64,000 nt of DNA. It comes from a virus. Within the stretch, counting starts at the first letter, position 1; the number at the start of each line of letters is the position of its first letter. Below, in pieces: positions 40,601 to 50,000 of the stretch. The position numbers and the translations under genes are program-made. Location: IMG/VR virus record IMGVR_UViG_3300009152_000030, positions 64,001 through 128,000 of that record; one strand, 5' to 3'. The notes under the pieces are model-generated. The model searched no databases. It was not told where the DNA came from and saw only the letters and a list, made by a program, of their open reading frames with translations.

Positions 40601-41661
40601 AGGAAATGACGAACTTCTTACAGGCCTTAGAGCAGAAAGCCGTTGGTTTCAAACACATGGCAGTCTCTCCTCGGGCTATGCTTTATCAGCGCTTTCATAG
40701 TGCTATTTCTAATGAGAACGTAGAGGAAGGATTTGCCCAGTATAAGTCTCTAGTAAAGGACTTAGGTTTTAGAGATGCAGATAAGATTGATACAAATAGT
40801 GATCAGGCTCTTGGCGCGTTCTCTCTTGCAAGAGCCTCTCTTGTAGGCGGGGGACAAAAAGCAGAAAAGATGACAGCTGAAGATGCATTGAATTCTTTCC
40901 TGTCAGGAAGTGCAGATTCTGATTTTGCATTACATCAATTAGACTCTGATAGAAGTGACATGCTATTAAATTTTGCTATGTCAGCCTTACCTAAAGGAAG
41001 ACAAGAAGAATTTAAGAAAAAAGTAAATCAGTTTAAAGAAGGATTAACCGGCAGAGGTGGCACAGCACTTGGCGATAGCTTATCTCAACTAAATCAGTCA
41101 GAGAAAGCAAGAGCTGCAGCTCGGGTAAAGAATGCCTCAGGTGCTAGTCTAGCAAGAGCAGAAATAAAAGAAGCAAAAGAATCATCTAAGTCTTTATTTG
41201 CTAATAAGTTCGCAAGAGCTGGTATGGTTGGCGCGGCTGTTATGGCTGGAGCATATGCTTTATTCAACTCTGGTTACGATGACGAGCCACTTACTGACCT
41301 TCCACCTCCACCACCTGGTAGAATGATGATGACCCCAACTAATGCAGATATGCAAGTTATTAATAGTGGTAATCTACTTAGTGATAACTATTCTAGTTAT
41401 AATCGAGGCAATGACGAAGAAATGGCAAGGACGGCTGGCTCACCTGAAATGTCAGGAACAATGAGTGCCCCTAATAGTATTGCTGCTAAGTCTTACTTGA
41501 ATAATGCGAATGTAAGAATATCAAACAGAGGAATGATTGTTGATAAAACAAATCCTGTTGAATATGCAAGAGCAATCCAGGGAATAATTCCTGGAGCTCA
41601 AGTTGGGGTAAGTATCAATCATAATTACAATATACCTACAGACTTAGAAAGAGAACTATAA
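34642..41661 (+). CDS. Putative single-chain two-barrel virion RNA polymerase
   Basis: 2339 aa. SDFDGD at 40237-40254, preceded by WQNP and followed by VGLISN...QKAVGFKH. Beta-subunit-like EGDWLGK and GEGTK motifs lie upstream. Confidence 0.7.
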   Translation: MISDKIFNLLSIGLGALAFGKAKGKDLTLDALRTMITGTNASPLAGETLSEFQGGTFFDVLSQQNRNNSRRANSNDSLAYTVNHALSSEQLAYLFDQHQKRFKGDRVRGGGLSLASRFTSSTPMGATGVPGGIPILGGPTPMKNFTFAADGQTFIGQQAEATRQTILDIMTNKRFSGMFTGTQKQRSYDSLLKRVQSESFGPMNSKAAQRGLKPILNSFNMLYGGVEGMSDTFAKRLHGNRAMLETGSRGLLKFSTANNSLSNVSFLSNSDLTTQELERVKDFESQIRQRGVGATFDRSNIVEINQKIGASDYKKFRYAQYRIGDGDTAESIMIPVQDLAHYVDESTGGQVYHRDAAGSVMYSPTGKVMRINKDKSSEVMSGLEYLFGKESKDKAGRSVRSGGQIMSLIDKSMKQGQRIGSSLFGGKDVDVDDQYKILQYVDPARTPSRALSLKAAQMKVVRSMNPMDPDADIDASDASRLSDFDEISRQAASHNYVIEPLTSPNQTRKDIFNWRGVERDAAGQIVSTNTPDYIRAALGEVDPSTGEFYSVNDIGRRPGRHIINAYNVENRGSQRALGHLRATLGDLYAFRGSGAFADMEKSGMIGFVHGSWLTTKRSMRENPQAVPEGTRIRVGASEGEQVVHPGRHFTVDKSTKGDPASRQAFSFNAKFKGIIDAAEAAGTGDAAARQAAIRRELEANPILLNEGDWLGKSVEGDDITDVTVNVPGQGRLAVLDVIPGMDDYTFSIGRVSGFGEGTKTFGATTSTESSLFDERLSDAEKQLVKDFSLEQKNQFYTKAKESAKANKVALYDQEVQRRAPEIDAAKKALDDLTNKKKIAAAQKEMLGKRKKFTRGEEKRFMGNLRGGALEKAYEGHKVTLDDRASLGQERELLERLPEGLSEIFPVGPKGPSITKTAITKRLNKIKKSIADLDENDLTRRKKYTVPESELLDAVFPNRPSFGKGTETGSISLFDLIAERDQLLKTRKQKLPRLKSMDFQAKAIGEVQALFNIHEEAKFWHKNKDAIGWLSNQSNLDDKDKMLLSRMQNYFGGTVEEGEDGKRIYRDGVSKRLKKQQKKVKELDTEFRRRGFGPLAEAEKYFRDNLERSRAKDKNKPSWMRASRVKLDTALTSTFTAPTKRDYSVLERIAKKYKENPARAGDASTNMIQEILGIDKSQQSAFGMFFNVEGDPDPDSASQKYYSDHGTGLFERGEGRLGATLNSSGIPLAERKANKSLMKVIGSDAEEQAAYKEENLNRLKQVNKMIAKGKTIAYRRIAADLGEQEAVKKFGSVAEQIDLKPQVAAAHQALKTINEELASFKDQLPGYDPDATKSGWESIRDSVRTGKINDIVTARSAPAIENAFNQVDPAFMGSTAANRTLPFTTFIGEGRNFTKGTNIRQIRTQQESAIGFLLNRFDADNNPTLGLQDIRNYAGDISSPANPAYQAFHAGMRKGLGDENYSLEDTNALISYLKRAQDAFKEDPSLLKEREQLLGNVFGFEQGGTDQAGFRLENLIESDPQALLDLGLDKDFVDSLGAGIKNSKQVFNLSLHGVADSSSVIEGNNARMERRFIDHVFYQLMDSQNERHGHMKKVWETIQQRVMTYDPGYVEQLGSFAKNAIRETTKKDRVLDLGGTDAEDLRRKALSAIRTKGGFLKHGKDQIYIPAADELKKLSLRDSRAGRHVEDTDLEEMITEILRTVETNITDVDKKTFATLRGQLMQVGARKGMEAFNAPFEGRLRGAEYGMVIANLDDKVAKETQGYGVGLSRRVIDEHFNEAMRTASKSERNYLKKMKKGVLEEGKYYAVMGWQNPQIGPESVSTMAGYYDARRDRTGGYTANLLGEKVDFEGAKIWKRIGGFITGKTSSDFDGDTAAVMMVGAGDRNRSGKNISDYWQQQSDLISQPSLSKQYQRQKNYGLRSQSNEATLEKSFKDLLKGPNISPTRKQEAFLRQAGQEDVGLISNTARAMHRINYIMKGTGGIDSGSSEEMTNFLQALEQKAVGFKHMAVSPRAMLYQRFHSAISNENVEEGFAQYKSLVKDLGFRDADKIDTNSDQALGAFSLARASLVGGGQKAEKMTAEDALNSFLSGSADSDFALHQLDSDRSDMLLNFAMSALPKGRQEEFKKKVNQFKEGLTGRGGTALGDSLSQLNQSEKARAAARVKNASGASLARAEIKEAKESSKSLFANKFARAGMVGAAVMAGAYALFNSGYDDEPLTDLPPPPPGRMMMTPTNADMQVINSGNLLSDNYSSYNRGNDEEMARTAGSPEMSGTMSAPNSIAAKSYLNNANVRISNRGMIVDKTNPVEYARAIQGIIPGAQVGVSINHNYNIPTDLEREL

Positions 41662-43013
41662 TGGCTTCAAACAGATATCTACCAAGTACAAGTGGAATAA
41701 TTCTTCCAGATGCTTATAGTGCAAAAAACTATTTAGACCTTGGTGTTGACGGTGATATTTCTATTGTTGCAAATGCGGCGGGTGGATACTCATCTTATGG
41801 TGACAAATTTAACCATGGATTTTGGATTAATGATTTATATTTTGAAGTACCTCCTGAGAGAATAAGTTCTCAGGAAGAAAACTCATATGCGGAATTCCAA
41901 AGTTTAAGAAGCAATTCTGCTTCAAAGATACCAGTAGGCATTGCAAGTGAAATTTTTTCAATCAACTTAAATATTCCAAGTAAAAATTCAATTGTTAATA
42001 TTGACGATAGAACCTCTGAGAGTGGGTCAACTACTGCGGAATATTACGTTAACAATACTCAGAAACGTGGTGGAATTCTAGATCTAATAATTCAGTTCAA
42101 GCATATTCCATTCTCGGTAATTGAGAATGCTTTTTTGCGAGCAAAACTAAAAATACCCCATACACATAATATGGTGTTTTGCATGCATAACTTGGCAATT
42201 TCTACAAGTCCAGGTGAGCCTGGTACTATTGTTGCTACTCTTACAGTAAGCCCAATGGGCTATACTCCGTATAGTGATAAGTGGCTATTCAAAAAGAATT
42301 GGGACGCCAAGAGTGGATCGTCTTTCTATGATGTTAATATGAATTACGCTGGAATATTAAGTAAACTACCTAATTGGAATAAATATCCTTCTAGGTTACA
42401 AGAATCAAATCTAGATCCGTCAATGACTACATATTATTTTGGATCAAAAGATTGGACAGTTAATCCTAAACTTAGCGCAGACAGTAAAACTCAGGTTACT
42501 ACTACTGAGAGTGATCTATCAGTTGTTAATCCTGCATATCAAACAATTGACTCTATTAATAGTCTTGATCAAAACTATATGGTTAAGAGTGATATTACAC
42601 AGTTTGCATATGAAAGTAGTCTTTACAAGCAATATATAGATTGGCTACATGCAAGATGGGCACAGAAAATTGTCAATAATAATAAAGAAGATGAATCAAA
42701 TAGATATGACTTTACTCAAATTAGTCCTTATGGCTCAGAAGACCATAACTTAGGAGATTCTATAATATTGAAGTGGAAAGAGTTTAAGTCTATATCAATT
42801 GATCCAGAAGTTGCGGACGTAATAAGAACTTATTTTAAAAGAAAACTAGCACTTGACCGTGCAAGACTATTCAAGGTTAGATTCCAGGGTGATGGACAAA
42901 TGACTATAGATGGATATGATAAAAATGAATTAGCTGCATTCAGAGAATTAGAAATTACAATGGGTGCTAGTGGTGGACAACCTGGGCGCAGCGGAAATGG
43001 AAAAGTGAATTAA
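41661..43013 (+). CDS. Baseplate hub-associated protein (possible N-terminal part of a split hub)
   Basis: The INDLYFEVPPERI...SLRS and PFSVIEN pattern resembles tube-fold hub domains. Translationally coupled to the previous gene (TAATG). Confidence 0.5.
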   Translation: MASNRYLPSTSGIILPDAYSAKNYLDLGVDGDISIVANAAGGYSSYGDKFNHGFWINDLYFEVPPERISSQEENSYAEFQSLRSNSASKIPVGIASEIFSINLNIPSKNSIVNIDDRTSESGSTTAEYYVNNTQKRGGILDLIIQFKHIPFSVIENAFLRAKLKIPHTHNMVFCMHNLAISTSPGEPGTIVATLTVSPMGYTPYSDKWLFKKNWDAKSGSSFYDVNMNYAGILSKLPNWNKYPSRLQESNLDPSMTTYYFGSKDWTVNPKLSADSKTQVTTTESDLSVVNPAYQTIDSINSLDQNYMVKSDITQFAYESSLYKQYIDWLHARWAQKIVNNNKEDESNRYDFTQISPYGSEDHNLGDSIILKWKEFKSISIDPEVADVIRTYFKRKLALDRARLFKVRFQGDGQMTIDGYDKNELAAFRELEITMGASGGQPGRSGNGKVN

Positions 43014-43034
43014 TTCTAGAGGTAGGGAAATTAA

Positions 43035-45350
43035 ATGGCAGAGCAAACGTACAGTGATGATTCATCTTATGATGAAGAAATGTCTTTACCTGATCCGTAT
43101 TCAAATATGAGTCCAATTGGTATTCCTGGTCCAGTAACTCCGCCAACATGGATACCGTCTCAGCCAAAACCAAAAGCTAGTTTGCTTGATCGCGGTGCAG
43201 CTGCTTTTAATGATGTATGGCAGTCAGCGAAAGATGGTAGTTTGCCTGAAAAGTACATAGTCAACCCTATTAAGGATTTTTATACAGACCCTGGCTTTTC
43301 AGGTATAAGAAGAGCTGAAGACTTGTCCGAAGACCAAAGAACTAGGCAAGAGCAAGTAGAAATAGATAAAAAAAATAATGTTGATCTTTTAAAACCTGTA
43401 ATTCCAGGACCAAGCGCCAATAGTCCACCTGGATCTGGTAGTGGATCAGGTTCTGGTAGTGGGATGGGGAGCGGATCCGGGAGCGGATCCGGGAGCGGGA
43501 TTCCTTCTCGCAATGAAGCACCAGAAAATATGCCACTTAAAGAAGATAACATACTTGATTATAGGCCTGAAAAACCTGTTAAAGGACTAAGACCTTTTGA
43601 TATAAGAAAATTAGACCTATTTAAGTTAGCAAATTTTTCAGCAGATATAGGTTATACTCTTAATTTTAATATGGTTTTGCTTAGAGCTGCAATGGCAAGA
43701 AGAGAAGCAGGCCTAATACTTATAGGTCCTAAAGGTAAACGGGTAGCTTATGGAGAGCGATGGTACAGCACAAACGACTCTTCAGCAACAGGTCTTTTGC
43801 AATATTTAGGGATATGGGCAATGGCCGCCGTTTTAGAAAAAGCTCCTAAAGCATATAGAGATTTACTTCTTCCTGAATACGTTGACGAGTACAATGCTGA
43901 GAAAGAAGCTTGGTCAACAAATCAAAGAATTCTTAAAGAATACCAACTAATGAAACCAGCGTGGTTTGACGCAAGAACCGAAGTTGATCCTAATAATCCT
44001 GCTCAAAGAAGATGGAAAAAAGAACATAATCCTTATCCTTTTCTTCCTATGCAAGTTCGGGATGGCAGCACCTTTACTAATATTCATTATTTAGATTCAA
44101 GATTTGCAGTAGACGAAATGGCTTTTTTAGATACTTTTGGTAATATGGTTGAAGAACAGTTAAAGTGTGTAGTTGATAACTTAGTTATATATGGAGCAGG
44201 AGAGCAAAAAGCAAGTCTTGTCCCTGAATTAGTTGCAAGTGGAAATCCGGATAATGGAACTTATAGAGTTAAAGGTAGGATTGATGGAGTTTTTCCATAT
44301 TGGGCAATGTATATTGCCCACTTTGCAGGCACTTCAGCTGCTCCAAAATGGATTAGGGCTGATAATATTCTATTGGCAAGTAATTCTAGAGATAAATACC
44401 AGTGGACAAGTCCTGCTCTTGGTGTAGGGCCAAATGACAATCCTTTAAGTAAAAAAGACGATACATTAGATCTGTATTACCAGAATGATGCAGCTTTTGC
44501 TATAAAAAATCCATTTGCAATGATGCCAGATGAAAAAAATAAAGTTCCTGGAACAAATAGTTTTATAAAAAGTTACACCATGAAAGAATTTGGGCAAGGT
44601 CTCCATAGAGCTCATCAAGGCTATACAAAAGGTTATATATTAACTTCTCTTCCTAGTAGTGATTTATGTTTCTATGGTAATACATGGGATAAAGTCATAG
44701 GTGGCATGCAAAAAGATATGCATGATTACTACGTTAAAGCCTATAACAAATATGTTTTGCCTAACATTCAGGGCATAGCAGATAAATATAAATTAAAAGC
44801 ATATCGTCCTTCTCCTGAAAAACAACAAGTTTTGCTTTTTGCTGATTTCTCTGATCGAATAAATGAATACTATAGAAAAAGAGATGATTTTTTCCTAGCT
44901 TTTACTGGATTAGGGCCTGAAGCAAAAGGGTTGTCTGTTCTTGAGATTCTTGATAGGGACTTACAAAGTAATCTTCCTACTCAGGGAGCATACAGAGAAC
45001 AAATGTCTCAGGATATGATGCCAGACATGTTTGAGCATTTCCTTAATTTTTATAGCATTTACGCTGCAAATAAAGGATATGGACTATATTCTGAAGGAGA
45101 ACCAATAATTCCTCAACTTAATATTAGTCCTACTGTTACGGCTATTGCATTAACAAGGGAAGAAAAATACCAAGAACTAGAGGCTGACTTAAGAAAGGAT
45201 CATTGGATAATAAATCCAAATGTAAGTCTTACAAAGGATACGGCAACAACACCGGCGGGAGCGCCAGCAAACCCAACAGCAACTCCAACTGCAAAAGCCG
45301 GATCTGCACCGGCAGAGTTTCCAGCAAGAGGTGGAAGTGGAGAACAATAG
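43035..45350 (+). CDS. Tail-associated lytic transglycosylase-like protein
   Basis: AMARRE (candidate catalytic Glu at 43704), SSATGLLQY and MYIAHFAG motifs. GS-repeat and Pro-rich linkers. Confidence 0.65.
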   Translation: MAEQTYSDDSSYDEEMSLPDPYSNMSPIGIPGPVTPPTWIPSQPKPKASLLDRGAAAFNDVWQSAKDGSLPEKYIVNPIKDFYTDPGFSGIRRAEDLSEDQRTRQEQVEIDKKNNVDLLKPVIPGPSANSPPGSGSGSGSGSGMGSGSGSGSGSGIPSRNEAPENMPLKEDNILDYRPEKPVKGLRPFDIRKLDLFKLANFSADIGYTLNFNMVLLRAAMARREAGLILIGPKGKRVAYGERWYSTNDSSATGLLQYLGIWAMAAVLEKAPKAYRDLLLPEYVDEYNAEKEAWSTNQRILKEYQLMKPAWFDARTEVDPNNPAQRRWKKEHNPYPFLPMQVRDGSTFTNIHYLDSRFAVDEMAFLDTFGNMVEEQLKCVVDNLVIYGAGEQKASLVPELVASGNPDNGTYRVKGRIDGVFPYWAMYIAHFAGTSAAPKWIRADNILLASNSRDKYQWTSPALGVGPNDNPLSKKDDTLDLYYQNDAAFAIKNPFAMMPDEKNKVPGTNSFIKSYTMKEFGQGLHRAHQGYTKGYILTSLPSSDLCFYGNTWDKVIGGMQKDMHDYYVKAYNKYVLPNIQGIADKYKLKAYRPSPEKQQVLLFADFSDRINEYYRKRDDFFLAFTGLGPEAKGLSVLEILDRDLQSNLPTQGAYREQMSQDMMPDMFEHFLNFYSIYAANKGYGLYSEGEPIIPQLNISPTVTAIALTREEKYQELEADLRKDHWIINPNVSLTKDTATTPAGAPANPTATPTAKAGSAPAEFPARGGSGEQ
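43431..43499 (+). repeat. Gly-Ser coding repeat, including tandem GGGAGCGGATCC units
   Basis: Encodes GSGSGSGSGSGMGSGSGSGSGSG. The 12-nt unit is repeated about 2.5 times. Confidence 0.85.
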
Positions 45351-45408
45351 TATCCTATAAATATAGAATAATATAAAACATTAATACTTATTTTAAAAGG
45401 TAAAGACT

Positions 45409-46884
45409 ATGTCAAGAGAAACTGAGTTTGCTTGTTTAATTACTCCCGAAATAGCTTATGATAGGGCAGCCTTAGCAAATATTAAACATAGATATTTTGG
45501 GAACGGCCCCAAATACTATTTCCGAGAAAAATCAGAGGATGAGAGTAAAAATAATAATCGTACTTGTTCTCAAGGATGGGGATGTATTGCAGATGCAGAT
45601 CCAAGACTTGAGTACATGATGATGACAGCAAGTAAGTTTTTACCAAGTGGGTGGACCGTTCATAATACAGGGTGTGTTTACGCAGATGGCGATGGCGCGG
45701 GAGCTGATGCGACGAGTCCAGTATATCTCAGAGCCTCTGGGAGTACTAAGAATCATTTTGCTGGATTAGCAATAGACATAGCAATAAAAACTGCTGATGG
45801 CACTACTCTTTCAAATATTAGAAATTATAGATCCTTTAGAACATATGAGTTGTTTGCTCAAATTATTGGAAAACTTATACACGAAAATTTAGTAACAGAC
45901 GAACAAGGTATTCCTGTTGATTGGAGAGATTTAATTGTTAACAAACAAGGACCAAACGGTGAAGCACCACTTCCTGCAGGTCATCATGGAGCACGACGTC
46001 AGTTCGATGCAGATGGAAAAGAATTCTGGTCCTTTAATGACAATGGGAAATTGATAAAGCATCAAAGTGGTCTTGGCCAGGAAGAGGGAGATTACCTTTT
46101 TACTCCCAGAAATGCTCCTACTACTGGCTTAGGATTTAGATGGGGAGGTTACTTTGGTACAGGAAAGTATTATCTTAGAAGTGAAAAAACTACAACTGAG
46201 CAATTACGTAAACCGAATAACGATGGCAAATTCGAGGGAGAAATAGTAGAGTGGAATCCTGGAAAAAAAATCTTTGAAAAACATAAGATTCCCCTAGTTG
46301 ATGAGGAGGGTGTTCAGGTGGTAGTCTGGAGACCAGATAAGTTTGACAAAAAAGGTAAGCTAATTGAAGCTGCACACTGGGAGAAGCAATATTGGGACGA
46401 AGTAGATAATATTGGTTGGGATTCTATGCATTTTGATTTTCGACCGATTGGAGGTGGGTGGAATCCTGGGGGACTAGATTCAAGGTCAAGAGAGTTATTA
46501 ACAATTCCAGTTGGACTGGGTAACCCAACAGGAGAACCTATCCCTCCAAGAAGTGTAGGGTTGTCAAAGACTGGAGTCCAGAATTTAAGATTACCACTAA
46601 CTCCAGAAGAGTCTTACCATAGATTTAATGAAACTTTAGGAATTCCTATTCCTAAAGATTTTGTTGGCGTAGCACCTCCTCCGGTAATGTTAAATAATCG
46701 AATATCCGAACTTGAATATAATGCACGGGAGGCAGAAATAGAAGCCAGCCAAATGACTCCGTATACCGGCTATTCTGATCCTGATAGTCAGCCTGTAACT
46801 GTTCCAATAGTTACAACAAGTACTAAAAGTAAAACATCGCAGCCGCGTGAGCGTGCACCAAGTGGTCCTTACCGTGAGCGTTAA
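45409..46884 (+). CDS. M15-family Zn peptidoglycan peptidase
   Basis: HFAGLAID (HxxGxAxD), RWGG and DSMHF motifs. Confidence 0.7.
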   Translation: MSRETEFACLITPEIAYDRAALANIKHRYFGNGPKYYFREKSEDESKNNNRTCSQGWGCIADADPRLEYMMMTASKFLPSGWTVHNTGCVYADGDGAGADATSPVYLRASGSTKNHFAGLAIDIAIKTADGTTLSNIRNYRSFRTYELFAQIIGKLIHENLVTDEQGIPVDWRDLIVNKQGPNGEAPLPAGHHGARRQFDADGKEFWSFNDNGKLIKHQSGLGQEEGDYLFTPRNAPTTGLGFRWGGYFGTGKYYLRSEKTTTEQLRKPNNDGKFEGEIVEWNPGKKIFEKHKIPLVDEEGVQVVVWRPDKFDKKGKLIEAAHWEKQYWDEVDNIGWDSMHFDFRPIGGGWNPGGLDSRSRELLTIPVGLGNPTGEPIPPRSVGLSKTGVQNLRLPLTPEESYHRFNETLGIPIPKDFVGVAPPPVMLNNRISELEYNAREAEIEASQMTPYTGYSDPDSQPVTVPIVTTSTKSKTSQPRERAPSGPYRER

Positions 46885-47003
46885 GGCAAGATACAATTGA
46901 ATAAATAATTCAAGAAAGCAAGAGGACGATAGAATAAAGTAAGTAAATAAATAAATGATCTCCTTGCTTAATATAGTATAGAGATCTAAAAGGAAGATTA
47001 CTA

Positions 47004-50000
47004 ATGAGTGAACAAAGAAAAAGTACATATACTTTTGGAACTGATAGGTATGTTCCTGATCCTTGTGCTTCAAAGACTTACTTTAGAAGGGATCCTGCTA
47101 AGCGAAATCCTTTAACTGATGCTCCAGCAGGATGGCATAATCTGGTAGACGTAGATCCTCGTCTAGAAGCTATGATCAAAGCGGCAAGTAAATTTTTGCC
47201 TCCAGGCTGGCAGGTAACAAATAAAGGTAGTGTAAATGAACCAGGCTCTAAAAATATACCAAGACCTTTTACAGGTCATACAACAAGAGCAAAATCCCAA
47301 CAACGTCCTGCAACGATACTAAGAAGTACCAGTGGCAAAGCTCATCATCCAAGAGGACGGGCTATAGATACTGCTCTTATAGATGATAATGGTGACGCTC
47401 TACCCAACATTAGAAGTGCTAATTATTTTAGAGTCTATGAGTTATTTGCACAAATAGTTGTTAAGTGTATAAAAGAGGGGTTGGTTGTCAAGGACAATGG
47501 AGACGCATACGACTGGAGTGATCTTCTTCCAGGAGGCGCTGGACATTCAAGAGGCCCAACAAACGATCAGGGAGACGCTTTAGATCGCTCTTATCAGAAC
47601 GGAGGTTTGAATGCGGCGGGCCAGCAAACAGGTATTCCGCAGGGAGGTACTGGTGTTCGTTGGATGGGTTATCTAATTGACAATGATGGCACTGGTACTG
47701 ACATTACTGCAGATACAATGCACTTTGACTTTGGTGGAGGTGGAGGTGGAGGTGGAACTTTTGCAACTGGCGCTTCACAAGAGGTAATTACTCGATTAAA
47801 GAGACTTGCAAAAAATCAAAATATCTCTATTAAGAATGAATTAGGTGGGGAAAATCCTATTACTAAGGGTGTTCCAAATTGGGCAGCATTCAAATTGCCA
47901 CAAAGCGCAGAAGAAAGTGCAGCTAGGTTCAGAGAAGCTCTTGGGCTACGACCTATTGAAGTTGCACAGGTTGATCCACCTACCCCACCAGTTGAAGTGC
48001 CGGCCGTACTACCACCGCCTCCTGCAGTTGCAGTACTACCAGCACCTCCTGCAGTAGAACCTACGCCGCCTCCTCCTCCTCCTGCAGAAGTTACTCCTGC
48101 TCCTACACCAGCACCAGTGCCCCCGCCACCAGAGCCTGCTAAGCCAGAGATAGCCCCGCCGGCAGAGACTGAAGGCGAACTTTTACTTGCTGTTAGGAAA
48201 TATAAAAAGCAGATTGAAGAACTTAAAGAGATGGGATGGAACCTTTACACAAAAGATCTAACTTCATTTGATTTATTCTATAAAGAAAATACGTTGATAA
48301 TTCCAACGTCAACTAATCCTAATATAAAATTTGATAGATCTGGTATAGGCATAGATAATGTCTATACGTCTAGTCACTTATTTTGTGACTTTATATCTGC
48401 AACGTCTTTCAACGTATTTAAGAAATTACCTATTCAAGGAATTAGTATGCCAACTGCCCAATTTCTTGGGCGTGCTGATAACAGCTTCTTAGTTTCATTT
48501 AAGTCTCTTGGTTTAGATTCTGTTCGTCAAATAGAAGTCATAAAAGATACTCTAAAGAAGCAAGCTATACAGTATAAGTTTATTCCTGAGTCTTATGTTC
48601 TAAGAGTAGAGAATAACTTTATTAATGCAATGGGAGATCTATATTTTGTAATCAATGGATTAGATAGTGCAACACTACCTGAAACGCCAGGTACTTATGC
48701 AACTGAAATGCGATTAACTGCTAATGATATTTACATTAAGAATCCAAAGATTAAAAGACAATCACTAGTCAGTAGTAAAGATATTAAAAGAACTTTTATA
48801 GAAGAGTTGCTTTCAAGAACAAGTGTTACTTATGGGATAGAAGTACCTGGTAAAGAAAATATAATTTCAAGTATTGATTCTATTTCTAATAATTATGATC
48901 CAACGTCTATTACGGCAACTGATCCAAATGAAGCTGTTATAGACTTATTAGACTCAAGTCTTAATAAGATTCAAGATGAACTTTTCTTGTATTGGAATAC
49001 AACAAGAAGTGTTTGGTACAACGATACCCTTCAAGGCCTAGGTGAAGGCCATAAAGCCTTCATGCGTAATATTTGTGGCATTATTAATCTTTGCAATAGG
49101 TTAATTATTCCCAATGGCTATAGATATATAGATACTGATTATCGACTCAAAATCCCAGAAGGAAAAGAGATAATTGATTTATTCCATCGCAAAGGAAATG
49201 GGTTTCTACATCCTACTCTTAGATACGATGAACCTTATTTATGGCTTAAAGACTATAGTAAAAAATACGAAAGTGAATTTCTTCCAGGAGGTATGGGCAC
49301 AGTACTTGGACAACAATATATTTTATTCCAGTTGCTTGCTCCTATTGGTCTTGATGGTATTGCTCCGGCCTATTGGGATTTTAAACTTGAGTTTGAGCAT
49401 ACAGAATATGACTTAAGTGAATTGCCACTTCGTATTGAAGCTTTTAGCTTTGCCGATGGTGAAGGGCAAAGCTCTTATGCTGATGCATTAAATGCTTGGT
49501 CTAAGTCAGGAGATGTAAAAACAAACCCAATGGCTCCATTTATTAGATCTCATAGATCTGTTCTTGCCCTTGCGAGGAATACTTGGTTTCTTTGGATGTG
49601 GCGAACTTCTCTTATGCAACAGAATGCTACTGGAAATAGTGCACTAGGTTATGCCGCATCTTTTTTTGAAGGTACTCCTAGAGTATTTGTTGAGCTTCGT
49701 GATGCTAATAAAACCAAAACAGATACAGCTCTTCGTGAAAATTGGCATTATGTTAGATATTTTGCGCCAAATGAAATTTTCCAGGAAGAAATTCCTGGCC
49801 CAAATTTTCTCAGAGGTCTAACCGTCGAAGCCAAAGAATACGGCGTTAATATATTTGAGCTAGTCAAGCCTATTACAAGTCTTGAAACTCTAATGTTTCC
49901 CCAAGATGATATTGGGGGAGGCTTTAAAGATGGAGATGACGTCTCTACAAGTAATCCTTATACAATTATGAAGCCTGGCGCTAAGATGTTATTTAAACCT

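Noticed and set aside
43011-43037. Stop-codon readthrough joining the in-frame ORFs 41661-43013 and 43035-45350
   Set aside because: The spacer holds four in-frame stops (TAA, TAG, TAG, TAA).
46885-47003. Structured ncRNA or terminator in the 119-nt gap
   Set aside because: Only weak AT-rich 6-bp inverted repeats (TTGAAT/ATTCAA and GATCTC/GAGATC) with no T-tract, which is insufficient support.
43431-48161. Short tandem repeats as a CRISPR array or diversity-generating repeat
   Set aside because: They are in-frame Gly-Ser and Pro-rich linker sequences without spacers, and no reverse transcriptase is present in the window.
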